A DNA stretch of 64,000 nucleotides, taken from positions 18,757-82,756 of the forward strand of contig JAGCUR010000016.1 of assembly GCA_017962745.1 (NCBI GenBank), read 5' to 3'. Shown in pieces: positions 36,637-46,702 of this stretch. Origin of the DNA: Bacilli bacterium. GTDB lineage: Bacteria > Bacillota_I > Bacilli_A > ML615J-28 > CAG-698. The position numbers were made by a program, and so were the translations under genes. Under the pieces are notes generated by a model that had not been told where the DNA came from, ran no database searches, and was given only the letters and a program-made list of their open reading frames with translations. How positions within the stretch are numbered: the first letter of the stretch is position 1; every line of letters starts with the position of its first letter.

Positions 36637-38133
36637 CTATCTACAATAGGTATTAACCATGAAATCAAGTTTTGCAAATAACCATTCTCTAACAAATTCT
36701 ACTTGTCCTTCCCAAGTATTAATGGCTACAATTTCTGGTGGATTAGGCCAACCGTATTTACCTAATATTTTCCACTTTTCGAAGTTTTCTAAGAAGTATG
36801 GTTTATACATCATTACTTCTGCTATTTTTTCGTCAATTACTTGGTGGATTAAATTATAATATTTAGTTAGTTTTTCTTTAACTAAGTCTTTAAATTCTTG
36901 ATGTCTTAATAAATATTTATACCATGTATTATTGTTAGCAAATAGACGATCATTAAATCTTGCTTGATCATTATAATCTACATTACCAGCGCTAATATCA
37001 AAGTCCCAAATTGGTCCATTTTTAACGCGATCACCTTTATCTTTGGAAATATACCAACTAGAGAAGTTAACATCGATTGAAGAGAATAGTTCGTGGATGA
37101 TATATCCATCCGCAAAACTATTAACATCAATACATGTCTTTACATCTGCGTAACTACCATTTCTAATGGTATCAATACAGAACTGAATATAGTTTTGAAT
37201 TCTTGTGCACTGATCTGCATTATATGCTTCATCTTCTGTATCTGGTGCTTTAATACCGTAAGGTTGACCATTGACGAAGAAATAATCAATTCCTTCCGTC
37301 TTACCTTCGTCTAAAATACGTTGGTCTAATTCTAATAAAAAGCTAATTTGATTATCAATATCATCATTTATTTCTACGCGATTTTTTCCAGTCTCGATTT
37401 GTTCACATACCATATATAAACCAAGATATTCTCCGTTTAAATAAACAGATGCAAACTGAGTTGATGTAGTATATGGAACATCATCAAAACTATCCCCAAG
37501 TGAATAAGCTAAATAGTTTCTAATTAAGCTTGGATCAACATAATTAGCAATTAAGGTCCAATCTTTATTAGCCCCATTGCCAAATAGGTCTACCTTTTGA
37601 TTGAATTTAATACGATAAGGCTTTTTTGGTTTATCCCATGTAGAATTGCCACGACCTTTAATTCTAGCTTCTACTCTAGTTAAGCTATATTCTGGATTTT
37701 TATTATCATCGACTGTAATTGTGCAGTTTAAGTAAGTTTCTTTAGAAGTAACGACTTTACTGCCTTCAGTTCTAATAAAAATAGTTGGATATTCATAAAC
37801 TATCTTTCTAAAATTAGCAACTAATGATATATCGCTAGTAACATCTTTCACAAACCTTTTAGCATCAATTTCGCCATCGCTCCAAGATACAAATTCATAT
37901 CCTTCGCTGGCAATCGCTTTTACAGTCGTACTAGATTTCCCATCTTCTACATCCTGGATATCTGTACCACTGATGTAACCACCACTGTTAGCTACAAATG
38001 TCACTCTGTGGTAAACTTTTTCTTCTACTTCAACAGTATCCGTATTATCAATTACATCCGGGGCCTCTTCGCCACAACCGATTAATACAAATGCTAATAA
38101 TAAAATAATAACTAGTTCTAAATAGCGCTTCAT
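36637..38133 (-). CDS. CotH kinase family lipoprotein with an N-terminal divergent InlB B-repeat
   Basis: Lipobox LIGC; GYEFVSWSDG repeat; KGRGNSTW.KPKKPYRIKF, WTLIANYVD, YLNGEYLGLY, GPIWDFD. Confidence 0.88.
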   Translation of the reverse strand: MKRYLELVIILLLAFVLIGCGEEAPDVIDNTDTVEVEEKVYHRVTFVANSGGYISGTDIQDVEDGKSSTTVKAIASEGYEFVSWSDGEIDAKRFVKDVTSDISLVANFRKIVYEYPTIFIRTEGSKVVTSKETYLNCTITVDDNKNPEYSLTRVEARIKGRGNSTWDKPKKPYRIKFNQKVDLFGNGANKDWTLIANYVDPSLIRNYLAYSLGDSFDDVPYTTSTQFASVYLNGEYLGLYMVCEQIETGKNRVEINDDIDNQISFLLELDQRILDEGKTEGIDYFFVNGQPYGIKAPDTEDEAYNADQCTRIQNYIQFCIDTIRNGSYADVKTCIDVNSFADGYIIHELFSSIDVNFSSWYISKDKGDRVKNGPIWDFDISAGNVDYNDQARFNDRLFANNNTWYKYLLRHQEFKDLVKEKLTKYYNLIHQVIDEKIAEVMMYKPYFLENFEKWKILGKYGWPNPPEIVAINTWEGQVEFVREWLFAKLDFMVNTYCR

Positions 38134-38200
38134 TCTTTTCCCTCTATATCCATAATACTAAATTATCATCAATAAAGCAAATTATATGGCTACTATAACA

Positions 38201-38239
38201 AAAAAAGACATATCAAATGATCTAAATCATTGATATGTC
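38201..38239 (-). terminator. Terminator after the DUF4097 gene
   Basis: gacatatcaa / ttgatatgtc stem plus T-tract on the - strand. Confidence 0.7.
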
Positions 38240-38246
38240 ATTTATT

Positions 38247-39263
38247 TTATTCACCACTTTCAATCCAAAGTTTGATATCACCAGTTGATGTAGTTACATC
38301 ACATAAATCACCAGTAGTTGATTTTGGAACATTTGGTGTACTAGTTGATGAACTTGCATAAAATACTTTATCAGTTAGAAAACTACCAGTTACATCGCCA
38401 GTTGATGTTTTAACTGTAATTTCAGCTGCATCACATTTATCAAACTTAACATCACCAGTTGATGCTTTGATAACCATTTTTCCTGATGCGATAACACTAG
38501 TTAAGATTTTTTTACCAGTTGTAGTCTCTAAATAAATATCTTTTGAAGTGACATTAGTAAGTCTAAACTTACCAGTATCGGCGATAGCAATAATTTCATT
38601 ACCTACTTGAACATTTTGTGCTGTTAGGTCACCAGTATCTGAATCAGTTACTAAAGTATCACTAACTACTACATTCTTTAAGTTAATATCACCAGTTGAT
38701 GTGCTTAAACCTAGTTTATTTACTGTACAATCATTTACATTTACTTTTCCAGTAGAAACAGTGATTGCGGCCTCACCATAATTAGCAGATGATGTTACAT
38801 CACCAGTCGATAACTTAATATATGCATTATTAAACATATAAGCGCCATTTACTGTGTAATCGCCAGTTGCTCCTTTAACTTGAATTGATTCAAATGTCTT
38901 AGCTGGCATATAAATAGTAACAGAACTCTTGATAGAACCAAAGAAGCCAATACGAGCATACCATTTTAAGTTGTTTTCTTGCTTGATAAATAATGTGCCA
39001 TCTACTACTTCTACAGTATGTTTTAATTCTTCAATTTCTCTACATACTACTTTTTTCTCATCGCTTACAACAATTTCAATATCTGATAAATCTACATCAA
39101 TATTGATCTTATCAAAATCAGTAGTTAATTCATGAGTATTTTCTTCCATTTTACCATTTACATTGGCAAATCCATTTTTGGCAACAACGATGCCAAAGAC
39201 TGCTCCGCCAACTAATACTAACGATACCGCTACAATTAATATAATAATTCTTACTTTATTCAT
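38247..39263 (-). CDS. DUF4097 (toast-rack beta-strand repeat) membrane-anchored protein
   Basis: N-terminal TM helix; many (S/T)TGD/TGK repeats. Confidence 0.85.
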   Translation of the reverse strand: MNKVRIIILIVAVSLVLVGGAVFGIVVAKNGFANVNGKMEENTHELTTDFDKINIDVDLSDIEIVVSDEKKVVCREIEELKHTVEVVDGTLFIKQENNLKWYARIGFFGSIKSSVTIYMPAKTFESIQVKGATGDYTVNGAYMFNNAYIKLSTGDVTSSANYGEAAITVSTGKVNVNDCTVNKLGLSTSTGDINLKNVVVSDTLVTDSDTGDLTAQNVQVGNEIIAIADTGKFRLTNVTSKDIYLETTTGKKILTSVIASGKMVIKASTGDVKFDKCDAAEITVKTSTGDVTGSFLTDKVFYASSSTSTPNVPKSTTGDLCDVTTSTGDIKLWIESGE

Positions 39264-39858
39264 TCTTCTTTCCTCCTACAAAAGATCTTTTAACTCCTAA
39301 TAAACTCTTCTTAGTTACTTTAATAACTAGTTTAGTAATACAAATTGATGCATAGTACATTAATATGGCTAGTCCAGCCCCCGCTATTGCACAACCAATA
39401 TATAGTCCACCTGCAACCGGGTTACCGCCAGCTACATTAATAATTGCCAAAATGATACCGGCAATACTTCCTGCAGCACAAGCAATAAATACGATATATA
39501 CCACTAGTACAAATATCCATATTAATAAATATGCAACAAGGGCTAAAATTCCTGCTACGAGTAGTAATGGAAACCATAACGGAAATCCAACTATTAGAAG
39601 TACTATTTCCCAACCTCTTGGTTTTCTTGTATTTTTAGTCTTTTCTTTTACGATATTACGCAGTGGTGTTTCTTCTAGAATTTTTTCTACAACTTCATCA
39701 ATACTACCAACTTTGCTTACAGCTTCTTCCTCGCTTAAGCCTTCTTCCATAGCATCATCGATCATTTCGCTATAAAACTCAATTCTTGAATCAATTGCTT
39801 CTTTAGAAATTCCCGCTAATCTATCTCTTAATTCTAATATAAATGCCTCTTTAGTCAT
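39256..39858 (-). CDS. DUF1700 (HAAS domain) membrane protein
   Basis: MTKEAFILELRDRL...EFYSEMIDDAMEEGLSEEEAV then TM helices; start ATG 39858 behind GGAGG. Confidence 0.85.
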   Translation of the reverse strand: MTKEAFILELRDRLAGISKEAIDSRIEFYSEMIDDAMEEGLSEEEAVSKVGSIDEVVEKILEETPLRNIVKEKTKNTRKPRGWEIVLLIVGFPLWFPLLLVAGILALVAYLLIWIFVLVVYIVFIACAAGSIAGIILAIINVAGGNPVAGGLYIGCAIAGAGLAILMYYASICITKLVIKVTKKSLLGVKRSFVGGKKNE

Positions 39859-40168
39859 CAATATCCTCCTTGCAGATGAACTTATACACTGTCATCATCT
39901 CTTTAAATTCTTCTTTAAACTCTTCAATTCTTGCTAATCCGTTATTTGTAATATGATAATATTTTCGAAGTCTACCATTATGTTCCACTGATCTAGTAAC
40001 TAACATCTTCGCTTCTTCTAATCTCTTTAAAATTGTATATAGCGTTGATTCTGATAATTCTAAGAATGGACTTACATCTTTAATTATCTTATAACCATAA
40101 CTATCTTCGTTTTTAATAGCAGCTAAGACGCATACATCGAGTATTCCTCTTTTTAATTGTGCATCCAT
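39851..40168 (-). CDS. PadR family transcriptional regulator
   Basis: QLKRGILDVCVL, SYGYKI, ESTLYTILKRLE, RKYYHIT; start ATG 40168 behind GAGGAGG. Confidence 0.92.
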   Translation of the reverse strand: MDAQLKRGILDVCVLAAIKNEDSYGYKIIKDVSPFLELSESTLYTILKRLEEAKMLVTRSVEHNGRLRKYYHITNNGLARIEEFKEEFKEMMTVYKFICKEDIDD

Positions 40169-40184
40169 AATACTCCTCCTCACG

Positions 40185-40219
40185 TAATACATCATATCAC
40201 GAGGTATTATATATGTCAA
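40185..40219 (-). promoter_or_regulatory. padR promoter with overlapping palindromic operator
   Basis: TTGACA-17 nt-TATGAT with extended TG; inverted repeat taatacatc-N7-gaggtatta (40185-40209) covers the -10 box. Confidence 0.75.
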
Positions 40220-40228
40220 TACTTTTCA

Positions 40229-40256
40229 TAAAAAAAACCTGACATTTAGTCAGGTT
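40229..40256 (-). terminator. Terminator after deoD
   Basis: aacctgac-attta-gtcaggtt hairpin followed by a long T-tract on the - strand. Confidence 0.8.
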
Positions 40257-40260
40257 CTTC

Positions 40261-40980
40261 TTATTTGATAGCTGCATCTAAAGCAATTTCCACCATTTTC
40301 ATTAATGATTTATGTCTTTCTTCTGATGTAGTAGCTTCATGAGTTACAAATGAATCAGATATTGTAAGTAAGCAAGCTGCTTTCTTACCTAACGCTTTTG
40401 CGTTAGCAAATAAAGCAAATGATTCCATTTCTACACAAGATACACCTTGAGGATTAACTACATCTTGATAAACATCGCCGTGCTCACGGTAGAATACATC
40501 TGAAGAATGTACTTTACCTACTGATACAGGATAACCTAGTTTTTTTGCACTAGCTTCTAGTTTTTTAACTAAACTCTTATTAGCAGCAATTGTATGGCTG
40601 CGATAGCCAAATGCAACTTTAGCGAAATTAGATTCACTATATGCTTTATCAGCAATTACTACATCATATACATTTAGTTCTTTTACGTAACTACCAGCTG
40701 AACCAATTCTAATAATTTGTTCTACATCATAGAATTTAAATAATTCATATGAATAAATACCAATACTAGGTTGACCCATTCCTGAGCCCATAACTGTTAC
40801 TTTTTTACCATGATAATAGCCAGTAAAACCAAACATATTTCTAACTTTATTAATTTTCTTAACATCAGTTAAGTATTTATTAGCGATATATTCCGCTCTA
40901 AGTGGATCACCAGGCATTAAAACAGTTTTAGCGAAATCATCTTTATTAACTACTTCAATATGAGGTGTAGGAATGCTCAT
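40261..40980 (-). CDS. deoD: Purine-nucleoside phosphorylase
   Basis: TPHI, VLMPGDPLRA, GMGQPSIGIY, RIGSAG, VEMESFALF. Confidence 0.96.
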   Translation of the reverse strand: MSIPTPHIEVVNKDDFAKTVLMPGDPLRAEYIANKYLTDVKKINKVRNMFGFTGYYHGKKVTVMGSGMGQPSIGIYSYELFKFYDVEQIIRIGSAGSYVKELNVYDVVIADKAYSESNFAKVAFGYRSHTIAANKSLVKKLEASAKKLGYPVSVGKVHSSDVFYREHGDVYQDVVNPQGVSCVEMESFALFANAKALGKKAACLLTISDSFVTHEATTSEERHKSLMKMVEIALDAAIK

Positions 40981-41636
40981 TATTTATTCTCCTTTTCTGC
41001 TGCTTCCATAATTGCAATACCAGCTGAAGCACCAATTCTTGTGGCACCAGATGCAACTAATGCTTTAACATCTTCATAAGTTTTAATTCCACCACTAGCT
41101 TTTACTTCCATATTAGGAGCAATATTAGCTTTCATGATAGCTACATCGTGGCAGTTTGCCCCACCAGTTCCAAAACCAGTAGATGTCTTTACAAAATTAG
41201 CTTTAGCTAGAGTTGCGGCTTTACATACTTCTGCTTTTTCAAAATCATCTAAATAACATGTTTCAATAATTACTTTTACTGTATTACCTTTTGCAGCTTT
41301 AACTACAGCTGCAATTTCTTTTTCGATATAAGCAAAATCGTGTTCTTTAGCTTTGCCAACATTGATAACCATATCAATTTCCCTAGCACCGTTATTAATT
41401 GCATCAGTTGTTTCGGCTTCTTTAATTGCAATTGTATTAGCACCTAATGGAAAACCAATTACTGTACATACTAAGACATCGCTATCTTTTAATAATTTAG
41501 CAGCTAAGCTAACATTAACTGGATTAACGCATACGCTCTTGAAGTGATATTCTTTGGCTTCATTACAAAGTTTAATGATATCCCCTTCAGTAGCGAATGC
41601 TTTAAGTAATGTATGATCGATTAATTTATTAACCAT
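40980..41636 (-). CDS. deoC: Deoxyribose-phosphate aldolase
   Basis: IDHTLLK, TVIGFPLG, EIDMVIN, FVKTSTGF, KASGGI, RIGAS; start ATG 41636. Confidence 0.96.
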   Translation of the reverse strand: MVNKLIDHTLLKAFATEGDIIKLCNEAKEYHFKSVCVNPVNVSLAAKLLKDSDVLVCTVIGFPLGANTIAIKEAETTDAINNGAREIDMVINVGKAKEHDFAYIEKEIAAVVKAAKGNTVKVIIETCYLDDFEKAEVCKAATLAKANFVKTSTGFGTGGANCHDVAIMKANIAPNMEVKASGGIKTYEDVKALVASGATRIGASAGIAIMEAAEKENK

Positions 41637-41638
41637 TT

Positions 41639-42493
41639 TTATTCCTCGATTGCATCGCATAGGCGAAGTGGTACGAATGTAGATGCATCAATCGCAAACT
41701 TAGCAAGTTTCTTAACTTCCTTCTTGCAAGACTTAGCATTCTTACCTTTAATTACATATAAATCAGGTAAGAAAGTCTTAATTTCAATAAAGTACTTGCT
41801 TAAGATACGATAGAAATCAGCTCTTTTAACTAAATAAGTTTGTCCTTCATTCTCTACATAAATGTAATCAATGTATGGAGGAAATACGGCTGCTTCACCT
41901 AATGTCCATCTGTATCCAATACCAGATACACTGTTAACATGGCTTATCATTGGGAAACAACTACCGACAGTTACTTCACCATTATAATAATCAATTAAGC
42001 TTTGAATGCTTCTTTGATATTTAAATACGATACCAAGCTTTTCACCATCAAGTTTAATCTTTCCTTGAAGTCCATATTCATCTACATATTGAGCACGCAT
42101 TTGTTCGAATAATACTAACATATCAACTACGTTGAATGGTTTTACATCCGCAAATGATTCGTGATAAATATCTAAATCGAATTGTTTACAAATCTTTTGG
42201 GCTAAAGTTAAGATTTCTTTAGCTAAGAATGATGGGATTAATACTGGCATTTCAAGTAAGAAGTTAATGTTAATGTAAGCAGGATTTAAATCATAAATAC
42301 CTTTTACGCGTGATTGACGGGTAATTAAATAACGATATTCAAATTCGAAATCCTTATCATTGCATACTGCTTCTACATATTCATCAGTATAATAAATTTT
42401 AAAATTAGGTAATGTTTCAAAATAATCTAAAACTTTATCGAAATCGATTTTTTCTAGACTACTCTTACGAAAGAAATGAATATTAATTGCCAT
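41639..42493 (-). CDS. Hypothetical cytoplasmic protein (284 aa)
   Basis: Long ORF overlapping the ileS stop and abutting deoC, with GAGGAA SD; no family recognised. Confidence 0.8.
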   Translation of the reverse strand: MAINIHFFRKSSLEKIDFDKVLDYFETLPNFKIYYTDEYVEAVCNDKDFEFEYRYLITRQSRVKGIYDLNPAYININFLLEMPVLIPSFLAKEILTLAQKICKQFDLDIYHESFADVKPFNVVDMLVLFEQMRAQYVDEYGLQGKIKLDGEKLGIVFKYQRSIQSLIDYYNGEVTVGSCFPMISHVNSVSGIGYRWTLGEAAVFPPYIDYIYVENEGQTYLVKRADFYRILSKYFIEIKTFLPDLYVIKGKNAKSCKKEVKKLAKFAIDASTFVPLRLCDAIEE

Positions 42494-45248
42494 TATTTTC
42501 CTCCTCTAATACTTTTTTACATCTATCACATAATTCATCTTCACTAACGTGATCAACTACTTGCCAACATCTAGCACAAATTACGCCTTCCCTTGCACTA
42601 ACTTTAATTGCTCCACTTGGATAATCCACTCCATCAGCTAAATTATCGTTAATCTTAAATTCCGATACGATAAATAAAGTCTTAGGATCCGCTTGTAAGC
42701 TAGCAAGTAAATCCCTAACTTCGTTAGTTGGTTTAATTTGTACAAGAGCACTTAATGATTTACCAATAATCTTTTCATTTCTTGCTTCTTCAATTGCTTT
42801 TAAGACATCATCTCTTAAAGCCATTAACTTAGCATATTTATTAAATAAATCATCTGCTTCTTCATGTTTAACTACTTTAATCATATCAAGCATTGCTACA
42901 GAAGCAACTTTAGTTCCATTCATATATGAATAAATTTCTTCACATGTAAATGGAATCATCGGTGTAAGCAATCTTAGTAAGCTATCTAAGTGCATATAGA
43001 ATACTGTTTGAATGCTTCTACGTGCTAAATTGTTAGTAGCTTCAATATACAAAATATCTTTTGTGAAGTCTAAATAGAATGCCGATAAATCATTAGTCAT
43101 ATAATTTAAAACTAATCGATAAACTTCACTAAAGTTATATTCTTCATAAGCTTTATAAGCTTTTTCTAATAAATCATTTAGTTTACATACCATGTAACGA
43201 TCTACTTCAGCTAATTTTTCATATGCTACTTTATCAGTATCATCATTATAATCGCTTAAGTTACCTAGTAAGAATCTAAATGTATTTCTAATCTTACGAT
43301 AAGCTTCCGCATTTTGTTTAATAATATCAATACTAATTCTAACATCAGCTGTATATTCTACACTTGCAACCCATAATCTTAAAATATCAGCACCAAATTC
43401 TTGGCATACTTTAAGCGGATCGATTGTATTTCCAAGTGACTTAGACATCTTATTGCCAGCACCATCTAATACAAATCCGTGTGTTAATACTTCATTATAT
43501 GGTGATACTCCTGCTACAGCAACGCCAGTTGATAAACTAGAATTGAACCAACCACGATATTGGTCAGCACCTTCTAAGTATAAATCAACAGGATATGGAT
43601 ATTTTTCACGTTTACAAATGTATTGATGGCTGCTTCCAGAATCAAACCATACATCCATGATATCATTTTCTTTAGTAAAGATACCATTTGGAGAATGAGG
43701 GTTAGTATAACCAGCTGGAAGTAATTCCTTAGCATCACGCTCAAACCATACATTTGATCCATACTTTTCAAATAGATCAGCTACATGATTGATAATATCG
43801 GTATCTAGAATTATTTCACCATCTTCGCAGTAGAATACTGGAATTGGTACACCCCATACTCTTTGACGAGAAATACACCAAGCTTCACGATCTTTGACCA
43901 TATTGCTAATTCTTACTTCACCCCAAGATGGGATCCAGTGAACTGATGCAATATTTTCTAACATATCTTTCTTAATATCATCGATTGAAGCAAACCATTG
44001 AGCAGTTGCTCTAAAGATAATAGGTTTATTAGTACGCCAATCATGAGGATATGAGTGGGTAATTTCTTCAGCTTTAAGAAGAATTTGTTTTTCAGCAAGC
44101 CTATCCATGATTGGGCCTTGAGCCTTTTCATAGAACATTCCTTCAAATTCACCAGCTTCTTCCGTCATAAAACCACGGCTATCAACTGGGCAAACTACTT
44201 CTAAGTTATATTTTTTACCTACAATATAGTCATCTTCACCATGTCCGGGAGCAGTATGAACTAAACCAGTACCACTTTCAAGTGTTACATGGTCTCCACA
44301 AATAACTGGACATATTTTATTATTTAATGGTTGGAAATATGTAACATATTCTAAATCGGCACCATTAATTTCTCTAATAATCTTATGTTCGTTATCTTCG
44401 CCACAAACATGGTTTAAGAAACTTTCAAGTAGTTCTTTAGCTACTACGAATTTACGGTTATTAAATTTCTTTAAACTTACTACTACATAAGTGAATGTAG
44501 CATTTACACAAACAGCAAGGTTAGCAGGAATTGTCCAAGGAGTTGTTGTCCAAATAACTAATTCTTCATCTTTATTTAGAATACCTTTACCATCATTTAC
44601 TTTAAATGCTAAGTAAATTGAAGGTGAAGTAATATCATGATATTCAATTTCCGCTTCAGCTAAAGCAGTTTCTGAAGATGGAGACCAATATACTGGTTTT
44701 AATCCTTTATAGATATAACCATGTGACGCCATCTTACCAAATACTCTAATTTGTTCGGCTTCAAAATCTTTAGCTAGTGTCAAATAAGGATTATCGAAAT
44801 CACCGATTACACCAAGTCTTTTAAAACCAACTTTTTGACCTTCTACTTGCTTAAGCGCATATTCTTCACATAATTTTCTAAATTCACTAACGCTTAATTC
44901 TTTACGATTAACTTTCGAATTTTTAGTTAATGCATTTTCAATTGGCAGACCATGTGTATCCCAACCAGGAACATAAGGTGCATAAAACCCGTTCATTGAT
45001 TTATATCTAATTATGAAATCTTTTAAGATTTTATTTAAAGCATGGCCAACATGAATGCTACCGTTAGCATATGGTGGACCATCATGAAGAATAAAGGTTG
45101 GTTTACCTTCATTTTTCTTTAAAATTTCATGATAAATATCTTTTTTATCCCAAGTCTGTACCATAGTTGGTTCTTTTTGATTAAGATTAGCTCTCATAGA
45201 GAACTCAGTATTCATCATATGTAATGTATCTTTATAATCTTTTGCCAT
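42483..45248 (-). CDS. ileS: Isoleucine--tRNA ligase (type 1)
   Basis: [44 protein letters not shown]-terminal CARCW..CDRC zinc finger. Confidence 0.98.
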   Translation of the reverse strand: MAKDYKDTLHMMNTEFSMRANLNQKEPTMVQTWDKKDIYHEILKKNEGKPTFILHDGPPYANGSIHVGHALNKILKDFIIRYKSMNGFYAPYVPGWDTHGLPIENALTKNSKVNRKELSVSEFRKLCEEYALKQVEGQKVGFKRLGVIGDFDNPYLTLAKDFEAEQIRVFGKMASHGYIYKGLKPVYWSPSSETALAEAEIEYHDITSPSIYLAFKVNDGKGILNKDEELVIWTTTPWTIPANLAVCVNATFTYVVVSLKKFNNRKFVVAKELLESFLNHVCGEDNEHKIIREINGADLEYVTYFQPLNNKICPVICGDHVTLESGTGLVHTAPGHGEDDYIVGKKYNLEVVCPVDSRGFMTEEAGEFEGMFYEKAQGPIMDRLAEKQILLKAEEITHSYPHDWRTNKPIIFRATAQWFASIDDIKKDMLENIASVHWIPSWGEVRISNMVKDREAWCISRQRVWGVPIPVFYCEDGEIILDTDIINHVADLFEKYGSNVWFERDAKELLPAGYTNPHSPNGIFTKENDIMDVWFDSGSSHQYICKREKYPYPVDLYLEGADQYRGWFNSSLSTGVAVAGVSPYNEVLTHGFVLDGAGNKMSKSLGNTIDPLKVCQEFGADILRLWVASVEYTADVRISIDIIKQNAEAYRKIRNTFRFLLGNLSDYNDDTDKVAYEKLAEVDRYMVCKLNDLLEKAYKAYEEYNFSEVYRLVLNYMTNDLSAFYLDFTKDILYIEATNNLARRSIQTVFYMHLDSLLRLLTPMIPFTCEEIYSYMNGTKVASVAMLDMIKVVKHEEADDLFNKYAKLMALRDDVLKAIEEARNEKIIGKSLSALVQIKPTNEVRDLLASLQADPKTLFIVSEFKINDNLADGVDYPSGAIKVSAREGVICARCWQVVDHVSEDELCDRCKKVLEEENNGN

Positions 45249-45259
45249 AGTTTACCTAC

Positions 45260-45529
45260 CTAAAATATACTCGACAATAATTGTAAATAATAAAATATAC
45301 AATTCATGCCAAACGAATAAATAAGAAAGCCAATAATAGGTGTTAAATCTAAAAATCCTATTACTATCCAGCCTCTAAAAGGTTTTAAATATAGATCAGT
45401 TCCTTTTTTGAAGAAACCAAATACTTTTGTACCATATAGTGGAGGTATCCAACTCATAATGATACTTATCATCATAAATCCTTCATAGGCTAGCATTAGC
45501 CAATATAAAGCATAAATGATGTAGAACAT
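45260..45529 (-). CDS. YggT/YlmG family membrane protein
   Basis: IIMSWIP...TDLYLKPFR...FLDLTPII; directly downstream of sepF. Confidence 0.85.
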   Translation of the reverse strand: MFYIIYALYWLMLAYEGFMMISIIMSWIPPLYGTKVFGFFKKGTDLYLKPFRGWIVIGFLDLTPIIGFLIYSFGMNCIFYYLQLLSSIF

Positions 45530-45879
45530 TATTTATTGTCCTCTACATATTGAAGAAGCGATCCATCTTCGTAATCTTTCTTGCTACCAAAGATAAATAG
45601 TTTTGGTCCAATTCTAATAGCTTGTCCTTCAAGAGCATAAACTACACCTGATATGAAAGCTAACATATAATTGCAATCAGCACCATTTAATTTATCGAAG
45701 TTTACGATAACTGGTTTACCACCAAGTAATGTATCGCAAATCTTAAATAATTCTTCATCTTCTTTAGTCTGTACACAAATATAATCTAGGCGGTCAAATG
45801 ACGTCTGTAATCCCGGTTTATTTTCACCTTTATAATCTGAAAACTTAAATTCTTTTTCTTTTTTACGATTAAAACGCAT
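45529..45879 (-). CDS. sepF: Cell division protein SepF
   Basis: ICDTLLGGKPVIVNF...LAFISGVVYALEG...KLFIF; yggS-sepF-yggT synteny. Confidence 0.85.
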   Translation of the reverse strand: MRFNRKKEKEFKFSDYKGENKPGLQTSFDRLDYICVQTKEDEELFKICDTLLGGKPVIVNFDKLNGADCNYMLAFISGVVYALEGQAIRIGPKLFIFGSKKDYEDGSLLQYVEDNK

Positions 45880-45888
45880 AATATCCTC

Positions 45889-46545
45889 CTATTTATTAAT
45901 ATATTTTGTAAATTTAGATCCGATTCTAATTAAAGTAGATCCATATTGTAAAGCGATGCGGTAGTCATTGCTCATGCCCATTGATAATTCATGGCATGGA
46001 GCATAATCTAAGCCCATCTCTTCAACTTCTTGTTTCATATCTTGCATCTTCTTAAATGATCTAGCTAATTCTTCTTCATCATTTGTAAGTCTGGCAATGC
46101 ACATTAGACCAACAATTCTAATCTTTGAGCACTTAGCAAGGCTCTTAACAAGTGGTTTTACTTTGCTTAAAGTAACACCTGACTTATTAGGTTCATCCGA
46201 TATATTTACTTGAATGAAACAATCAAGCGGTTTTTCTAGTCTCTTATCGAATTCCATAGCGATTGATAATCTATCAAGTGTATGCAAGCAATCGATTCTG
46301 TTAACTAAATCTCTTACTTTTCTTGATTGAACAATGCCAAAGAAATGCCATTTAACATCATAATCTTTCAAAGCTTCATATTTTTCTAAAAACATATCAG
46401 CTCTATTTTCACCGATTTCATTGATGCCGGCTTCGATTATTTTCTTTGTACCTTCAATATCAAGGTATTTTGTGGCTGCGACAACTTTCGCTCCGTATCT
46501 TGCCGCTTCCGCTTTTACTTTTTCAACTTTTTCTTTAATGTCCAT
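45889..46545 (-). CDS. yggS: YggS/YlmE family PLP-homeostasis protein
   Basis: VAATKY, IGENR, WHFFG, FIQVNISDEPNKSG, GLMCI, LSMGMSNDY, RIGS. Confidence 0.93.
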   Translation of the reverse strand: MDIKEKVEKVKAEAARYGAKVVAATKYLDIEGTKKIIEAGINEIGENRADMFLEKYEALKDYDVKWHFFGIVQSRKVRDLVNRIDCLHTLDRLSIAMEFDKRLEKPLDCFIQVNISDEPNKSGVTLSKVKPLVKSLAKCSKIRIVGLMCIARLTNDEEELARSFKKMQDMKQEVEEMGLDYAPCHELSMGMSNDYRIALQYGSTLIRIGSKFTKYINK

Positions 46546-46598
46546 GTCTATCTCGTATCGACAAGCGATACTTCTCCTTATAACTATTACTATTTAAC

Positions 46599-46627
46599 AT
46601 TATACACCGAATTAGGCTTCTTTGCAA
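46599..46627 (-). promoter_or_regulatory. Promoter of the yggS-sepF-yggT-ileS-hyp-deoC-deoD operon
   Basis: TTGCAA-17 nt-TATAAT on the - strand. Confidence 0.75.
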
Positions 46628-46662
46628 TTGATTTTACGGACAATTATATTTTTAAAAAGCGG

Positions 46663-46696
46663 AAAAAGAAAGATTACCAATCAAATTGGTAATCTT
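46663..46696 (-). terminator. Terminator after argS and the membrane-protein gene
   Basis: aagattaccaat-caa-attggtaatctt 12-bp stem plus T-tract. Confidence 0.75.
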
Positions 46697-46702
46697 CTAA
46701 AT

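Noticed and set aside
38247-38900. Recurring (a/c)ccagt motifs that could suggest a CRISPR or DNA tandem array
   Set aside because: They are codons for the (S/T)TGD beta-strand repeats of the DUF4097 protein; there is no constant repeat with unique spacers.
38247-40219. PadR-DUF1700-DUF4097 as a novel system
   Set aside because: This is a widespread, already described envelope-stress type operon (PadR/HAAS/toast-rack).
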